Positions 7,906 to 16,756 of a stretch of 64,000 nucleotides of DNA are shown piece by piece. The stretch's first letter is position 1; every line of letters starts with the position of its first letter. This DNA is from a virus (Duplodnaviria > Caudoviricetes): positions 20,745 to 84,744 of the IMG/VR virus record IMGVR_UViG_2926068284_000002; one strand, given 5' to 3'. The notes beneath the pieces were generated by a model. It was not told the DNA's origin, did no database searches, and saw only the letters and a list, made by a program, of their open reading frames with translations. The translations under genes were made by a program, and so were the position numbers.

Positions 7906-9291
7906 GTGACGACCAGCCCGCCCCAGGTGAACGGCCACCGCCGGATCCCCGTGATCACGAACTGGCAGACGCTACTGGCGCCTGCCGAGGAGCCGGCCGT
8001 CACCACCACCCCCGAGACCCTCACTGAACCCGGCGTCGACCTCGTCGCCGAGGCCAAGGCCGACGCGATCCGCACCAAGGCCTACGCCGACGCCGAAGAG
8101 CAGCGCGCCCGAGCCGAGGCTGAGGCCGAGGCCCTGCGCATCAAGGCCGAGGGCGAGGCCAAAGCCGCCGAGATCAAGGCTGCCGAGGAAGCCCGGAAGC
8201 TGAAGCTTGCCAACGACAAAGCCGCATCCCGCGCCATCGAGGAGCAGGCCGCGCGGGACGCCCGGATCGCCGAGTCCGAGCGGAAGCGGGCCGCCGCCGA
8301 GCGTGGCCAGCAGGAAGACGAGCGCGCCCACTGGGAGCAGCAGCAGAATGCTGCCGCCGTCGAGGCCGACATTGCCAAGGCGGCCAAGACGTGGCGGAAG
8401 TACGCCATTGCGTTCTACGCCGTGTGCGCGGTCGTTGCCCTGCCGGTGCAGATCGCGGCGTTCTGGGACCGCGACGCGCCCTGGCTCGTGATTGCCCCGC
8501 TCATGCTCGAAGGTGCCGCCCTGGTCGTCACCAAGGGTGCTGCTGCGGCCGTCGCCGCCGGGCGCCCGCACTGGCACTACCGCGCCGTCGCCTGGCTGTT
8601 CGCGTTCATTGCCGCCGGGATCAACTTGAAGCACGGGCTCGACGCTTTCGACCCCGCGACCGCGATCGGCACGGCGTTCGCATCTCTCGCCGGCCCTGGG
8701 GTGTGGGATCTCCACGAGCACGGGCGGATCCGACGCCGTGATGGTGTGCCCACCCGGCGGGAGCGGCGCGCGGCGAAGAAGGCGGCCGAGCGGGAAGCCG
8801 CCGAGCAGACCCAGGCGCGGCTGGTCGAAGCCGAGCGGCAGGCCCACCTGGAGAACGCCGCACGGAACGCCGCCGAACGCCTGGACGCCGACCGCAAGCA
8901 GATGTTCCCGAGGGTTCACGAGCACGCCTTAAAGCTCGCTGCAGACCTTGGCGAAACGGCCATCACCCCAGCCATTTGGAAGCAGGCGAAGCTCGACGTC
9001 GACGGTGCGCTGCCGGGGGAGTCCGACGAGATCCTCCGCATGCGGAATGCGGCTGCGGCGAAGGTCGAAGCGGCCCGCCTAAACAAGCCCGTCAGCACCC
9101 TCAGCAAGACCACGAACGCGCAGCGTGCCGCCCATCTCCCCCCTGCCTCCACCAAGCCACGCCCGAAGCCGATTCCGCCCCGCCGCACCCGCGGCGACAG
9201 CACCCCGTTTCACCCCGCCGCGAAGCGTCTCGCAGCCGACACAGCGCGCCGCTCCGTGACCACCCGAATCACTACCACTGAGGAGAACTGA
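7906..9291 (+). CDS. Spread (SpdB/DUF2637-like) membrane protein
   Basis: Coiled-coil N-terminus, about four TM helices, basic C-terminus; upstream of traA/traB. Confidence 0.7.
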   Translation: MTTSPPQVNGHRRIPVITNWQTLLAPAEEPAVTTTPETLTEPGVDLVAEAKADAIRTKAYADAEEQRARAEAEAEALRIKAEGEAKAAEIKAAEEARKLKLANDKAASRAIEEQAARDARIAESERKRAAAERGQQEDERAHWEQQQNAAAVEADIAKAAKTWRKYAIAFYAVCAVVALPVQIAAFWDRDAPWLVIAPLMLEGAALVVTKGAAAAVAAGRPHWHYRAVAWLFAFIAAGINLKHGLDAFDPATAIGTAFASLAGPGVWDLHEHGRIRRRDGVPTRRERRAAKKAAEREAAEQTQARLVEAERQAHLENAARNAAERLDADRKQMFPRVHEHALKLAADLGETAITPAIWKQAKLDVDGALPGESDEILRMRNAAAAKVEAARLNKPVSTLSKTTNAQRAAHLPPASTKPRPKPIPPRRTRGDSTPFHPAAKRLAADTARRSVTTRITTTEEN

Positions 9292-9292
9292 C

Positions 9293-9865
9293 ATGAGCAC
9301 TGCTGCCGACCAGGGATGGGACTGGGCTGGACCCCAGACGAAGCAGCCCACCATCCCGCCCAGACCCCGCACCGAACCCACCAACGGGCCGGGCGTGAAC
9401 AACTCGACGAACCGCACCGGAGGTGCGTTCGCCCCGTCCCTCGGCTTCGCCGTCAACAAGACCACCGTCGTCAACGGCGGCCCCGGCGGAACCCGTGGCC
9501 CGGGGCGCGGTGCCGGCGGGAAGGTCCCCGGCTCCGACTTCATGTCCAACGAGGACATCAGGGCGTTCTGCGAGTACCTGCGGAAGGACTCCCGGAACCG
9601 GGCCACCGAGCGGGCCATGGACGCCGACCACCTCGAAGCCGTCCTCCGCACCATCCCCGACGCCAGCGGCAACCTTCACGGATCCCGCGCCCGCGCCCGG
9701 CGGGTGGCCCGCTGGCTGAGGAAGGTTGCCGCCGCCGAGAAGGCCATCCAGAAGTACTCGGCGATGATCTACGGCACGTTCGAGCGGGAGTACGAGTCCG
9801 ACCTGCGGAAGGTCGGCAAGGGCCGCCACCAGCCCCCGCGCGCCACCAAGTTCGGCTGGCGCTAA
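9293..9865 (+). CDS. traA: Streptomyces plasmid transfer protein TraA-like
   Basis: Gly-rich linker then FMSNEDIRAFCE...ARARRVARWL...FEREY; directly upstream of traB. Confidence 0.65.
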   Translation: MSTAADQGWDWAGPQTKQPTIPPRPRTEPTNGPGVNNSTNRTGGAFAPSLGFAVNKTTVVNGGPGGTRGPGRGAGGKVPGSDFMSNEDIRAFCEYLRKDSRNRATERAMDADHLEAVLRTIPDASGNLHGSRARARRVARWLRKVAAAEKAIQKYSAMIYGTFEREYESDLRKVGKGRHQPPRATKFGWR

Positions 9866-9897
9866 CACCCCGACCACCACTTCCCCTGGAGCCCGCT

Positions 9898-10122
9898 GTG
9901 AAGCAGACCTGGACCGCTACCACGATCGCCGAAGCCATCAACATCCTCGACGCCGCTACGAAGCAGCTCGAAGCGCAGGCCCTGGCCCTGGAGCCCGGCG
10001 GCTTCCACGAGCGCAAGGAAGCCGAACGCCAGACCCCCATCCACCTCGCCATCGAGTTCGACCTCACCGACCTCATCCGGCGGATCACCGACAAGCACCA
10101 GGCCCGAGCCCTTAACGGCTGA
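9898..10122 (+). CDS. Hypothetical protein
   Basis: ggag RBS with GTG start; 74 aa. Confidence 0.5.
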   Translation: MKQTWTATTIAEAINILDAATKQLEAQALALEPGGFHERKEAERQTPIHLAIEFDLTDLIRRITDKHQARALNG

Positions 10123-10150
10123 CCACCCCACCTGATCAGGAGCTATCCCC

Positions 10151-12148
10151 GTGGCTGACAGCCAGAAGGCCGACCTGTGGAAGGCCATCAAGCACCCCCG
10201 CATGAGGCCCTGGCTGACAGTCGCCGCCGAGGTCCCCGCCACCTTCGCCTCCCACCACTACTGGGGCGACTCCGTACCCGCCGCGATCGGCCTCACCGTC
10301 GCCGCAGGTGTACTCACCGCCGCCACCTGGTGGGCAGGCGAGGGGACCCGGCCCGGCCGGCGTATCCACGCCACCCTGTCCACCGGCCTCGGCACCTCCT
10401 ACCTCGTCGTCGGCACCGCCGTCGGCCCGTTCGACCCGGCGCTCGCCTCCACACTCGTCATCGGCGGCGCAGTCGCCGCCGGGTCGTGGAACATCCGCCA
10501 AGCGTTGCGCGTCAACGTGGACCCGCAGAAGGAAGGCGGCAACGCCGAGACCGGTGTCCTCGTCAAGGCCATCGGCGACGCCAAGGTCGCCCTCCGCGGC
10601 AAGCCGAAGGTCGAACCCAACAAGGTCACCGTCCCGCTTCAGCTGTCCGCCGGGCAGGTCACCTCCGACGACCTCGGCAACCGCATCAAGCACATCGCCG
10701 GAGAACTCGGCGTGTCCCCGACCAGCATCCGTGTCATCCCCGACCCCGACGACGCCGCCCGAGCCACCCTCGTCGTCGTCCCCAAGGACGAACTCAAGCA
10801 GCCCACCACCTGGCCCGGCCCATCCGCTCCGGGCGGCAGCATCACCGAGCCCGTCATCCCCGGCATCTACGAGGACGGCGAGGAGGCCCAGCTGTGGTTC
10901 CCCGCCGGACCCGGCCGGAACGCCACCCACTTCCTCACCGCGGGCATGAACGGCTCGGGGAAGTCCGCAGGTCAGTCCGTCGCCATCACCGAAGCCCTGA
11001 CCCGCCGCGACGCCATCGTGTGGGCCGTCGACCCCAGCAAGGGAATGCAGACGTTCGCTCCGTTCCTCCCTCACCTGGACTGGGTCGAGATGACCGAAGC
11101 TGGCGGCAACGAGATGATCGACGCCCTGTCGCAGGTCATCACCGCCCGCGCCAACGAGCTCGGCCGTCACGGCTTCAAGAACTGGACTCCGCAGGCCCAC
11201 GACCAGCTCGGCATGCCGTACATGATCGTGTGGATCGAGGAGGCTGCGAAGTTCTTCCGCAACGGCACCGAGATGGAAGGCTTGGTCATGGAGGCCCGGT
11301 CCGCCGGGATCAGCGTCATCATCAGCCTCCAGCGTCCCTCCGCCACCAGCATGCCGACCGACGTTCGTGAGCAGCTCGGCGGTGTCCTCTGCTTCGGCGT
11401 CAAGGGCTCCACCACCGCCGACATGGCCCTCCCCGACGACGTCCGCGACGCCGGCGCCCGACCCGAAGCGTGGGAGAACCGCAAGCCCGGCTACGCCTAC
11501 CTCGTCGCCCCCGGCGTCGACGAAGACCGCTACGCCACCCCCCTGCGCACCTACCTCATCGACGACGACCAGATCACCGGGGCCCTCTCCATCCTGCCCC
11601 GCACCCCCATCGACCCCGTCACCGCCGCAGCAGCCGGTGACGCCTACGCCAACCGCACCCGATACGACGCTGACACCCCTCTGACCAGCAGTGACAGCCC
11701 ACGACAGGAGACCGTCACCATGACAAAGGACGACGCCCAGGCCGCCGAGAAGGCGCTACTGGAGAAGCAAGTCGACCGCGAGATCGACGCCATGGTCGGC
11801 GACGACCCCGACGACGACGGGTACGTGCCCGACGTCGACGCCGACCAGGAGATCGCCCCACCGGCCGAGGTGTGGTCGTTCGGGCCGCCCCAAGCCCCCG
11901 TCGAGGAGAAGACGCCGGAGGCCGGCATGGAGGCCCTGATGGCGATGCTCGCCGAGTTCCGGGCGGAGGAGCGGGAGTTCATCGGCCCGAAGGACTTCGG
12001 CCCGTTCGGGAAGGGCCAGCGCATCGGAAGGTCCCGTTCCTGGGTGTCAGGAGCCCTCGGAGACCTGTCAGATGGCGGGATTCACCTGTCAGAAACCGAC
12101 GATCCGGGGGTCTACAGGCTGCTGTACCCGGAGCTGGCGGAGGTCTGA
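10151..12148 (+). CDS. traB: TraB FtsK/SpoIIIE-family conjugative DNA translocase
   Basis: N-terminal TM helices, Walker A GMNGSGKS, Walker B IVWIEEA, ARSAGIS...LQRP, C-terminal winged HTH. Confidence 0.92.
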   Translation: MADSQKADLWKAIKHPRMRPWLTVAAEVPATFASHHYWGDSVPAAIGLTVAAGVLTAATWWAGEGTRPGRRIHATLSTGLGTSYLVVGTAVGPFDPALASTLVIGGAVAAGSWNIRQALRVNVDPQKEGGNAETGVLVKAIGDAKVALRGKPKVEPNKVTVPLQLSAGQVTSDDLGNRIKHIAGELGVSPTSIRVIPDPDDAARATLVVVPKDELKQPTTWPGPSAPGGSITEPVIPGIYEDGEEAQLWFPAGPGRNATHFLTAGMNGSGKSAGQSVAITEALTRRDAIVWAVDPSKGMQTFAPFLPHLDWVEMTEAGGNEMIDALSQVITARANELGRHGFKNWTPQAHDQLGMPYMIVWIEEAAKFFRNGTEMEGLVMEARSAGISVIISLQRPSATSMPTDVREQLGGVLCFGVKGSTTADMALPDDVRDAGARPEAWENRKPGYAYLVAPGVDEDRYATPLRTYLIDDDQITGALSILPRTPIDPVTAAAAGDAYANRTRYDADTPLTSSDSPRQETVTMTKDDAQAAEKALLEKQVDREIDAMVGDDPDDDGYVPDVDADQEIAPPAEVWSFGPPQAPVEEKTPEAGMEALMAMLAEFRAEEREFIGPKDFGPFGKGQRIGRSRSWVSGALGDLSDGGIHLSETDDPGVYRLLYPELAEV

Positions 12149-12326
12149 CACCTCGGGGTGTCAGCGCTGACACCCCCTCTGACCTGCGGTGACACCGTTC
12201 TGACACGGTTCTGACACCCCGAAGGCGTCAGAACCGGTGTCAGAAGCCCTCCGGAGGGCCGATCTCTATAGGTCATGCGCGTGCGCGCGCGTGACCGCCC
12301 TCCGCTGACACCCACCCACTGACACA
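12145..12326. repeat. clt-like locus: array of TraB recognition sequences (CTGACACC)
   Basis: Direct copies at 12145, 12167, 12189, 12200, 12211, 12305, 12319; inverted copies at 12157, 12224, 12236; immediately downstream of traB. Confidence 0.85.
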
Positions 12327-12338
12327 GGAGACAAACCC

Positions 12339-12770
12339 GTGAAAAGCCCCGAACCGGACGGAGGTCGGGCCAAGGTACTCGCCGCAGCACTCCGCACCTG
12401 GACCACCGTCGACAACGACCTCGAACCCCCCGTCGCACGCCTCGAAATCCGCTACCCACCCCACTGGGCGTTCGCCTCCACCAACCCCATCACCGCAAGG
12501 CAACAGAAGCGGCTCCTGGCGTTCCTCCGCGATGACCTCGCTGAGAACCGGCCCGGGTACTCCACCCCCGAGCGTGCCGCCGCGATCATCCACGGGCTCA
12601 TCACCGAACATGCCGCCGCCGGCCGTACCCGCATCACCACCGCGGACCTTGCCGAAGCCGCTCCCCGGATCGGCCGGTCCCGTACCTGGATCGCCGCCCA
12701 CGTCACCGACCTCATCGACGGTGGTGTGCTTCGCGAGACCAGGCGCCCCGACACCTTCCGCATCAACTAG
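12339..12770 (+). CDS. Protein with C-terminal wHTH paralogous to the TraB C-terminus
   Basis: RIGRSRTWIAAHVTDLIDGGVLRETRRPDTFRI aligns to TraB RIGRSRSWVSGALGDLSDGGIHLSETDDPGVYRL. Confidence 0.8.
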   Translation: MKSPEPDGGRAKVLAAALRTWTTVDNDLEPPVARLEIRYPPHWAFASTNPITARQQKRLLAFLRDDLAENRPGYSTPERAAAIIHGLITEHAAAGRTRITTADLAEAAPRIGRSRTWIAAHVTDLIDGGVLRETRRPDTFRIN

Positions 12771-12780
12771 GAGCCGTTCA

Positions 12781-13260
12781 ATGCAGCTGCCCGAGCAGCC
12801 CGTCGCCGGGCAGCCCGACCCCACCATCCAGCAGAACGCCACCCGGTTCCTCGCCGCCGTGGACGAGGCCCTCCTCGCCGGCCAGGCCACGTCGTACCGC
12901 GACACCACCCCGCTGCCCGCAGTGGGCGCTACACCGCCTGTGCCGCAGCCGGGCCCGCCCCCGATGTCGCAGTGGGCGATCGACGCCAGCGGGGTCCTCA
13001 AGGCCGTGTCTGTGGCGTCCCTCCCGATCGGCGGGGCCCTGTGGATCGTCGGCCAGGTCGACCCGCTGACCTTGGGCATCATCCTCGGGTCGCCGGCCGC
13101 CGTCGCCTTGGCCGTGGCCCGGCTGGTCGCGAAGGTCAAGGACGCCAACCAGGCTGCCCAGCCCGTCGTGCAGAACTACTACGGCACCGTCCACCACGAC
13201 GAGCGCACCGTCACCAGCACTACGCGCGGTGTCATCGCGAAGACGCAGAACCGAAACTGA
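12781..13260 (+). CDS. Spd-like two-TM membrane protein
   Basis: Pro-rich N-terminus, two TM segments, tail VVQNYYGTVHHD. Confidence 0.65.
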   Translation: MQLPEQPVAGQPDPTIQQNATRFLAAVDEALLAGQATSYRDTTPLPAVGATPPVPQPGPPPMSQWAIDASGVLKAVSVASLPIGGALWIVGQVDPLTLGIILGSPAAVALAVARLVAKVKDANQAAQPVVQNYYGTVHHDERTVTSTTRGVIAKTQNRN

Positions 13261-13401
13261 GCGCCTCGGACTTCAGTCCGAGTAGCCAGCAGGCGTCACA
13301 CCAGCCACGAACTTCGACTCGCCACCACACGCCCCCGCCCGCCCGGACTCCATCGAGCCGAGCGCGGGTAAGGCGACCAATACCAGATGAGAGGACCCAC
13401 C

Positions 13402-13572
13402 ATGACCCAGTTCTACACCGATGACCACGAGCCGGACGCTCACGCCGACACGCTCCTCGGCCGTCCCTTCCCCGGCCTCAGCCCGGAGGCCGCCGACTCG
13501 CTGCGCGCCGAAATGGCCCGCCGAGAAGCCGCCGGACTCCCGGCCGTCCCCGACATGTCCTGGGACGACTGA
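13402..13572 (+). CDS. Small hypothetical protein
   Basis: gagga RBS; 56 aa. Confidence 0.5.
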   Translation: MTQFYTDDHEPDAHADTLLGRPFPGLSPEAADSLRAEMARREAAGLPAVPDMSWDD

Positions 13573-13573
13573 C

Positions 13574-14005
13574 ATGACCGACTGCACCTACGCCTGGCGG
13601 ATCACCGACCAGGACTCGCGCGGCCCCCTGCTGGCCGCCGGATTCACGTCGTTCGACGAGCCGCTCGCCGAGTGGGAAGCCGCCGAACTGATCGTCGACC
13701 AATTCCGCAAGGAACATGCCGCCGGGACAGTCAGCATCCAACTGTGGGTCACGGAGCACTTTCTCCCTGCCGATTTCCCGGTTGCCTGGGAATCCGACCG
13801 GGACCCGCACGGCACCGACCCTGTGCCCTCCGACGCCTGGGAATGGACATACACCTACGACCCGCCCGTCGACGAAGACCCCGACGACCGGGCGCGCGCC
13901 GACGACCTGGCTGCAGCACTCAAGGGGCACGACGAAGCCGTCGGGCGGGTGGCCGTCGAAACGGCCTGGACCGCGGTAGCTGCCCTCGATTCTCGCGACG
14001 ACTAG
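13574..14005 (+). CDS. Acidic hypothetical protein
   Basis: 143-aa ORF directly after the previous stop. Confidence 0.55.
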   Translation: MTDCTYAWRITDQDSRGPLLAAGFTSFDEPLAEWEAAELIVDQFRKEHAAGTVSIQLWVTEHFLPADFPVAWESDRDPHGTDPVPSDAWEWTYTYDPPVDEDPDDRARADDLAAALKGHDEAVGRVAVETAWTAVAALDSRDD

Positions 14006-14006
14006 T

Positions 14007-14189
14007 TCACCGCACGGCAAGGCCCCGGACCTTCTGGTCCGGGGCTTTGCGTGTGGCGCGGGCGATCCATGCCCCGCCAAGCCGGTCGGTGGGCGGCAGG
14101 GTCACCTCAACGTCCAGCAGCCGGCGCAGGTCATCCAACGCCTGCTGGCACTCCTGCTGGGTGCGGCCGTGGATTGTGAACCTCGCCAT
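14007..14189 (-). CDS. Small hypothetical protein
   Basis: MARFTIHGRTQQECQQALDDL...; 3' end overlaps the terminator. Confidence 0.5.
   Translation of the reverse strand: MARFTIHGRTQQECQQALDDLRRLLDVEVTLPPTDRLGGAWIARATRKAPDQKVRGLAVR
14019..14048. terminator. Bidirectional terminator
   Basis: aaggccccggacc-ttct-ggtccggggcttt. Confidence 0.7.
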
Positions 14190-14233
14190 GAGCACAGTCT
14201 GCCGGGGGAGCGGCGGTGGTGGGGGAGGAACGG

Positions 14234-14779
14234 CTAAGGCCGCCACTCCGGGAGGTAGTCGGGGTGGTCGGCGTAGGGCAGGGCGAGGAGGTGCAGGGTG
14301 CGGCGGAGCCGGGCGTCCCGGCCGCATGACTCCCAGCACTGCGGCTCGACACCGTCTTCCTGGCGGCGTTCCTCGTTGAGTGCTTCCAACGCGGCGAGGG
14401 TGTTCGTGTCGAGTCCGTCGGTTGCTGTGGCGCGCGGGCATGTCTCGTACTGGTCGGCGCTCACGTGGTGGCGGTCGGACAGTGCGGCATCGAGCAGCCC
14501 TCGCTTCGCTTCGACTTCCCGCAGGGTGCGGGCCGGGTCCTGGCGGGCGATGTACTTCGCGTCCGCGTCGTAGTCCGTGACCGCAACACAACCGAACGGC
14601 ATCAAGGAGTGGTCGCGCTCCAACAGGACCTTCAGGGACTGGTCATAAGCCCCGTACTCGTTGAAGCCCTCCGCCATCACGACACGCGACCCAGGGGAGT
14701 GCCACTCCAGGGCACCCTCCGGGATTGCGGCGTCTTCGTCGAGGCGGGCCCGGAGGAACGCCGTCAGGTCAGCTGTCAT
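14234..14779 (-). CDS. DUF6221-like protein
   Basis: MTADLTAFLRARLDED...DPARTLREVEAKRGLL...LALPYADHPDY. Confidence 0.75.
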   Translation of the reverse strand: MTADLTAFLRARLDEDAAIPEGALEWHSPGSRVVMAEGFNEYGAYDQSLKVLLERDHSLMPFGCVAVTDYDADAKYIARQDPARTLREVEAKRGLLDAALSDRHHVSADQYETCPRATATDGLDTNTLAALEALNEERRQEDGVEPQCWESCGRDARLRRTLHLLALPYADHPDYLPEWRP

Positions 14780-15087
14780 GCGGGGCTCCCAGGCTGATCG
14801 TGCGGGTAGTCGTTGTGCTCGACGTAGGGGGCGGCGAGGAGCCGCAGCTGGTACTCGGCGGTCCGGCCAGCCTCCCCGCCCGCGCCCAGGTGCGGGATCA
14901 CGGTGTCCTCCAGCAGTGTCAGGTGCACCTCTGCGGTGGCAACGGAGAACCGGGCGTGCTTCTCGGCGTCCTCGGGGTCGACACCGAACCGTTCGGGATC
15001 CCGGGTCACTGTGCCGCTCGCGAACCGGGCCTTCTCCAGTTCCTCGGCGAACCGGGTGCGGAGGAAGGCCGCCAAGGCGTCGGTCAT
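14776..15087 (-). CDS. Short DUF6221-like paralog
   Basis: MTDALAAFLRTRFAEE...LLAAPYVEHNDY. Confidence 0.65.
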   Translation of the reverse strand: MTDALAAFLRTRFAEELEKARFASGTVTRDPERFGVDPEDAEKHARFSVATAEVHLTLLEDTVIPHLGAGGEAGRTAEYQLRLLAAPYVEHNDYPHDQPGSPA

Positions 15088-15608
15088 GAGGGCTCCTGGT
15101 TCTGGCGCTCGCGGAGTTCGTCAAGCAGCGACGGGTTGACGATGCGGACGATGGTCGCGATGTCCCGGGCCTCGACAGCAGGCCACAGGATGTCCCGGGC
15201 CGCCCGGTACTTCGCAGCCAGCCGGGTCCGCTGCTCCTCGGACAGCATGACCGACCGGTCGGGGTGGCAGTTGTGCGCGTTGTCCGCGACCTTGAGAAGG
15301 ACCGCGTCGCGGCCGTGCCCGGTGATGCGGGCCACCTTCTCCTCGTAGGGCACCCCGCGCTCGTTCGTGACCGCCTCCACCAGCGCGACCACATGATCCG
15401 GGGCCCCCGCCTCGCGCAGGCCATCGGCGGTCCAGTCGGTGTCCTCGATGGCATCGTGCAGCAGCCCGGCCATCACCAGGTGATCACCGAACGGGGCGAG
15501 CCCGGCCGCGACCGCGCGAACGTGCTCGATGTACGGGATCCCGATCTTGTCGAACTGGCCGGCGTGCGCAGCGGACGCCAGGGCGTCGACCTCGGCGACG
15601 GTCTTCAC
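15084..15608 (-). CDS. HD-domain hydrolase of SpoT/Mesh1 (small alarmone hydrolase) type
   Basis: AHAGQFDK.G.PYIEH...GLLHDAIEDT...KVADNAHN. Confidence 0.85.
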   Translation of the reverse strand: MKTVAEVDALASAAHAGQFDKIGIPYIEHVRAVAAGLAPFGDHLVMAGLLHDAIEDTDWTADGLREAGAPDHVVALVEAVTNERGVPYEEKVARITGHGRDAVLLKVADNAHNCHPDRSVMLSEEQRTRLAAKYRAARDILWPAVEARDIATIVRIVNPSLLDELRERQNQEPS

Positions 15609-15847
15609 GCTTGCTCCTCCTCGGTCTGCTTGGCGGCTCGCTCCCTGTCGATGCGGTCGGCAATCTTGCGTGCCCACTCGCGGCTGTACGGCGTGTGCTT
15701 GGCGATCGTCATAAGCGGCACGCCGGCCGCTCTGGCGTCCGCAACTAGCTCGTCGAGGTTCGTCCGCGCCCTCTCGTGAGCGGAAGTGGCGCGGTCGAGG
15801 CGGCGGAGCCAGGAAGCTTCGACGTCGGGTTCGGGGCGTGGCGTCAT
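15605..15847 (-). CDS. Small HTH repressor
   Basis: ARAAGVPLMTIAKHTPYSREWARKI. Confidence 0.7.
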   Translation of the reverse strand: MTPRPEPDVEASWLRRLDRATSAHERARTNLDELVADARAAGVPLMTIAKHTPYSREWARKIADRIDRERAAKQTEEEQA

Positions 15848-15871
15848 GCCGTCGATGATCTCACGCGGTGC

Positions 15872-15993
15872 TGCCAAGTTGGTGGGCAGTGTTCCGCCAA
15901 CCTTGTGGGCACTCGCTCTTGGATTCGTCATGCCAACTATGTTGCACCTTGGTGGGTGCCTGTGTCACTATCGAAGTGCCAAGAAAGTTGGCA
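15872..15993. promoter_or_regulatory. Four 17-bp operators TGCCAA-N5-TKGGCA in a divergent promoter region
   Basis: Sites at 15872, 15895, 15931 (degenerate) and 15977; TTGCAC-18-CACTAT promoter-like element at 15942-15971. Confidence 0.75.
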
Positions 15994-16013
15994 GTCGAAA
16001 CCGAGGGGGACCC

Positions 16014-16394
16014 GTGAACATCGCCCGCCGTATCGCCCGCATCCACACCGCCGCCCGCCGCATGGCGAAGGCCCTCCGCTACCGGTGCCTCTCCGGTCTC
16101 ATTGCCGTCGCCATCGACGCCGGCACCCTCATCCGCACCGGCGACATGCTCGACCGCCTCGGCGCCGACGACCTCAAGGACGGGTACAAGTCCTGGTACG
16201 GCCGCCACGTCAAGAAGGCGTACATCGCCGCGAACGGCCGCCCGCCGGTCATGGTGTGGGCGCAGCACCGCACCACCGGCCGGTGGATCCACGTCGCCGC
16301 CTACAGCCCCCTCGACCGGGCCCTGTTCGTTGCCCTCGCCTCGTACAAGCAGACCCGGCACCTGGTCGCCTTCGACTTCGCGGAGTGCGCCTAA
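16014..16394 (+). CDS. Hypothetical phage protein
   Basis: gagggg RBS with GTG start; first gene of a small-ORF operon. Confidence 0.65.
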   Translation: MNIARRIARIHTAARRMAKALRYRCLSGLIAVAIDAGTLIRTGDMLDRLGADDLKDGYKSWYGRHVKKAYIAANGRPPVMVWAQHRTTGRWIHVAAYSPLDRALFVALASYKQTRHLVAFDFAECA

Positions 16395-16430
16395 ACCAAC
16401 TTCACGGCGCACCAGACGAGAGGGGTTTCG

Positions 16431-16586
16431 ATGTCCGCCGAGATCCAGCAGCAGATCGACGCCCAGGCCGCCGCCGACCGCATCCGCGCCTACGAGGACC
16501 GGGAACTGCCGGACCTCGCCTACGACGACGGCTTCGACATCAGCAGCCTCGGCTGGGACGACACCACCCCGGAAGGAGCCCGATGA
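16431..16586 (+). CDS. Small acidic hypothetical protein
   Basis: gagagg RBS; MSAEIQQQIDAQ...; ATGA coupling. Confidence 0.55.
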   Translation: MSAEIQQQIDAQAAADRIRAYEDRELPDLAYDDGFDISSLGWDDTTPEGAR

Positions 16587-16756
16587 CCACCAAGGACGTC
16601 GAGTCCCGCTTTGTCGTGGAGAAGCACGGCCGGGGCAGCTTCTACGTCTTCGACAAGACCACCGGCCTCAGCCGCTACCCGAGCTTCACCCGCCGGGGCG
16701 CCCAGAAGATCGCCGACCGGAAGAACGCCGAGTGCACCACCGGAGGCACCCGATGA
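16583..16756 (+). CDS. Small hypothetical protein
   Basis: aaggag RBS; ATGA coupling on both sides. Confidence 0.6.
   Translation: MTTKDVESRFVVEKHGRGSFYVFDKTTGLSRYPSFTRRGAQKIADRKNAECTTGGTR

Noticed and set aside
12145-12326. CRISPR array or replication iterons
   Set aside because: Units are 8 bp without unique 30-40 bp spacers; no cas or rep gene nearby; position after traB fits clt.
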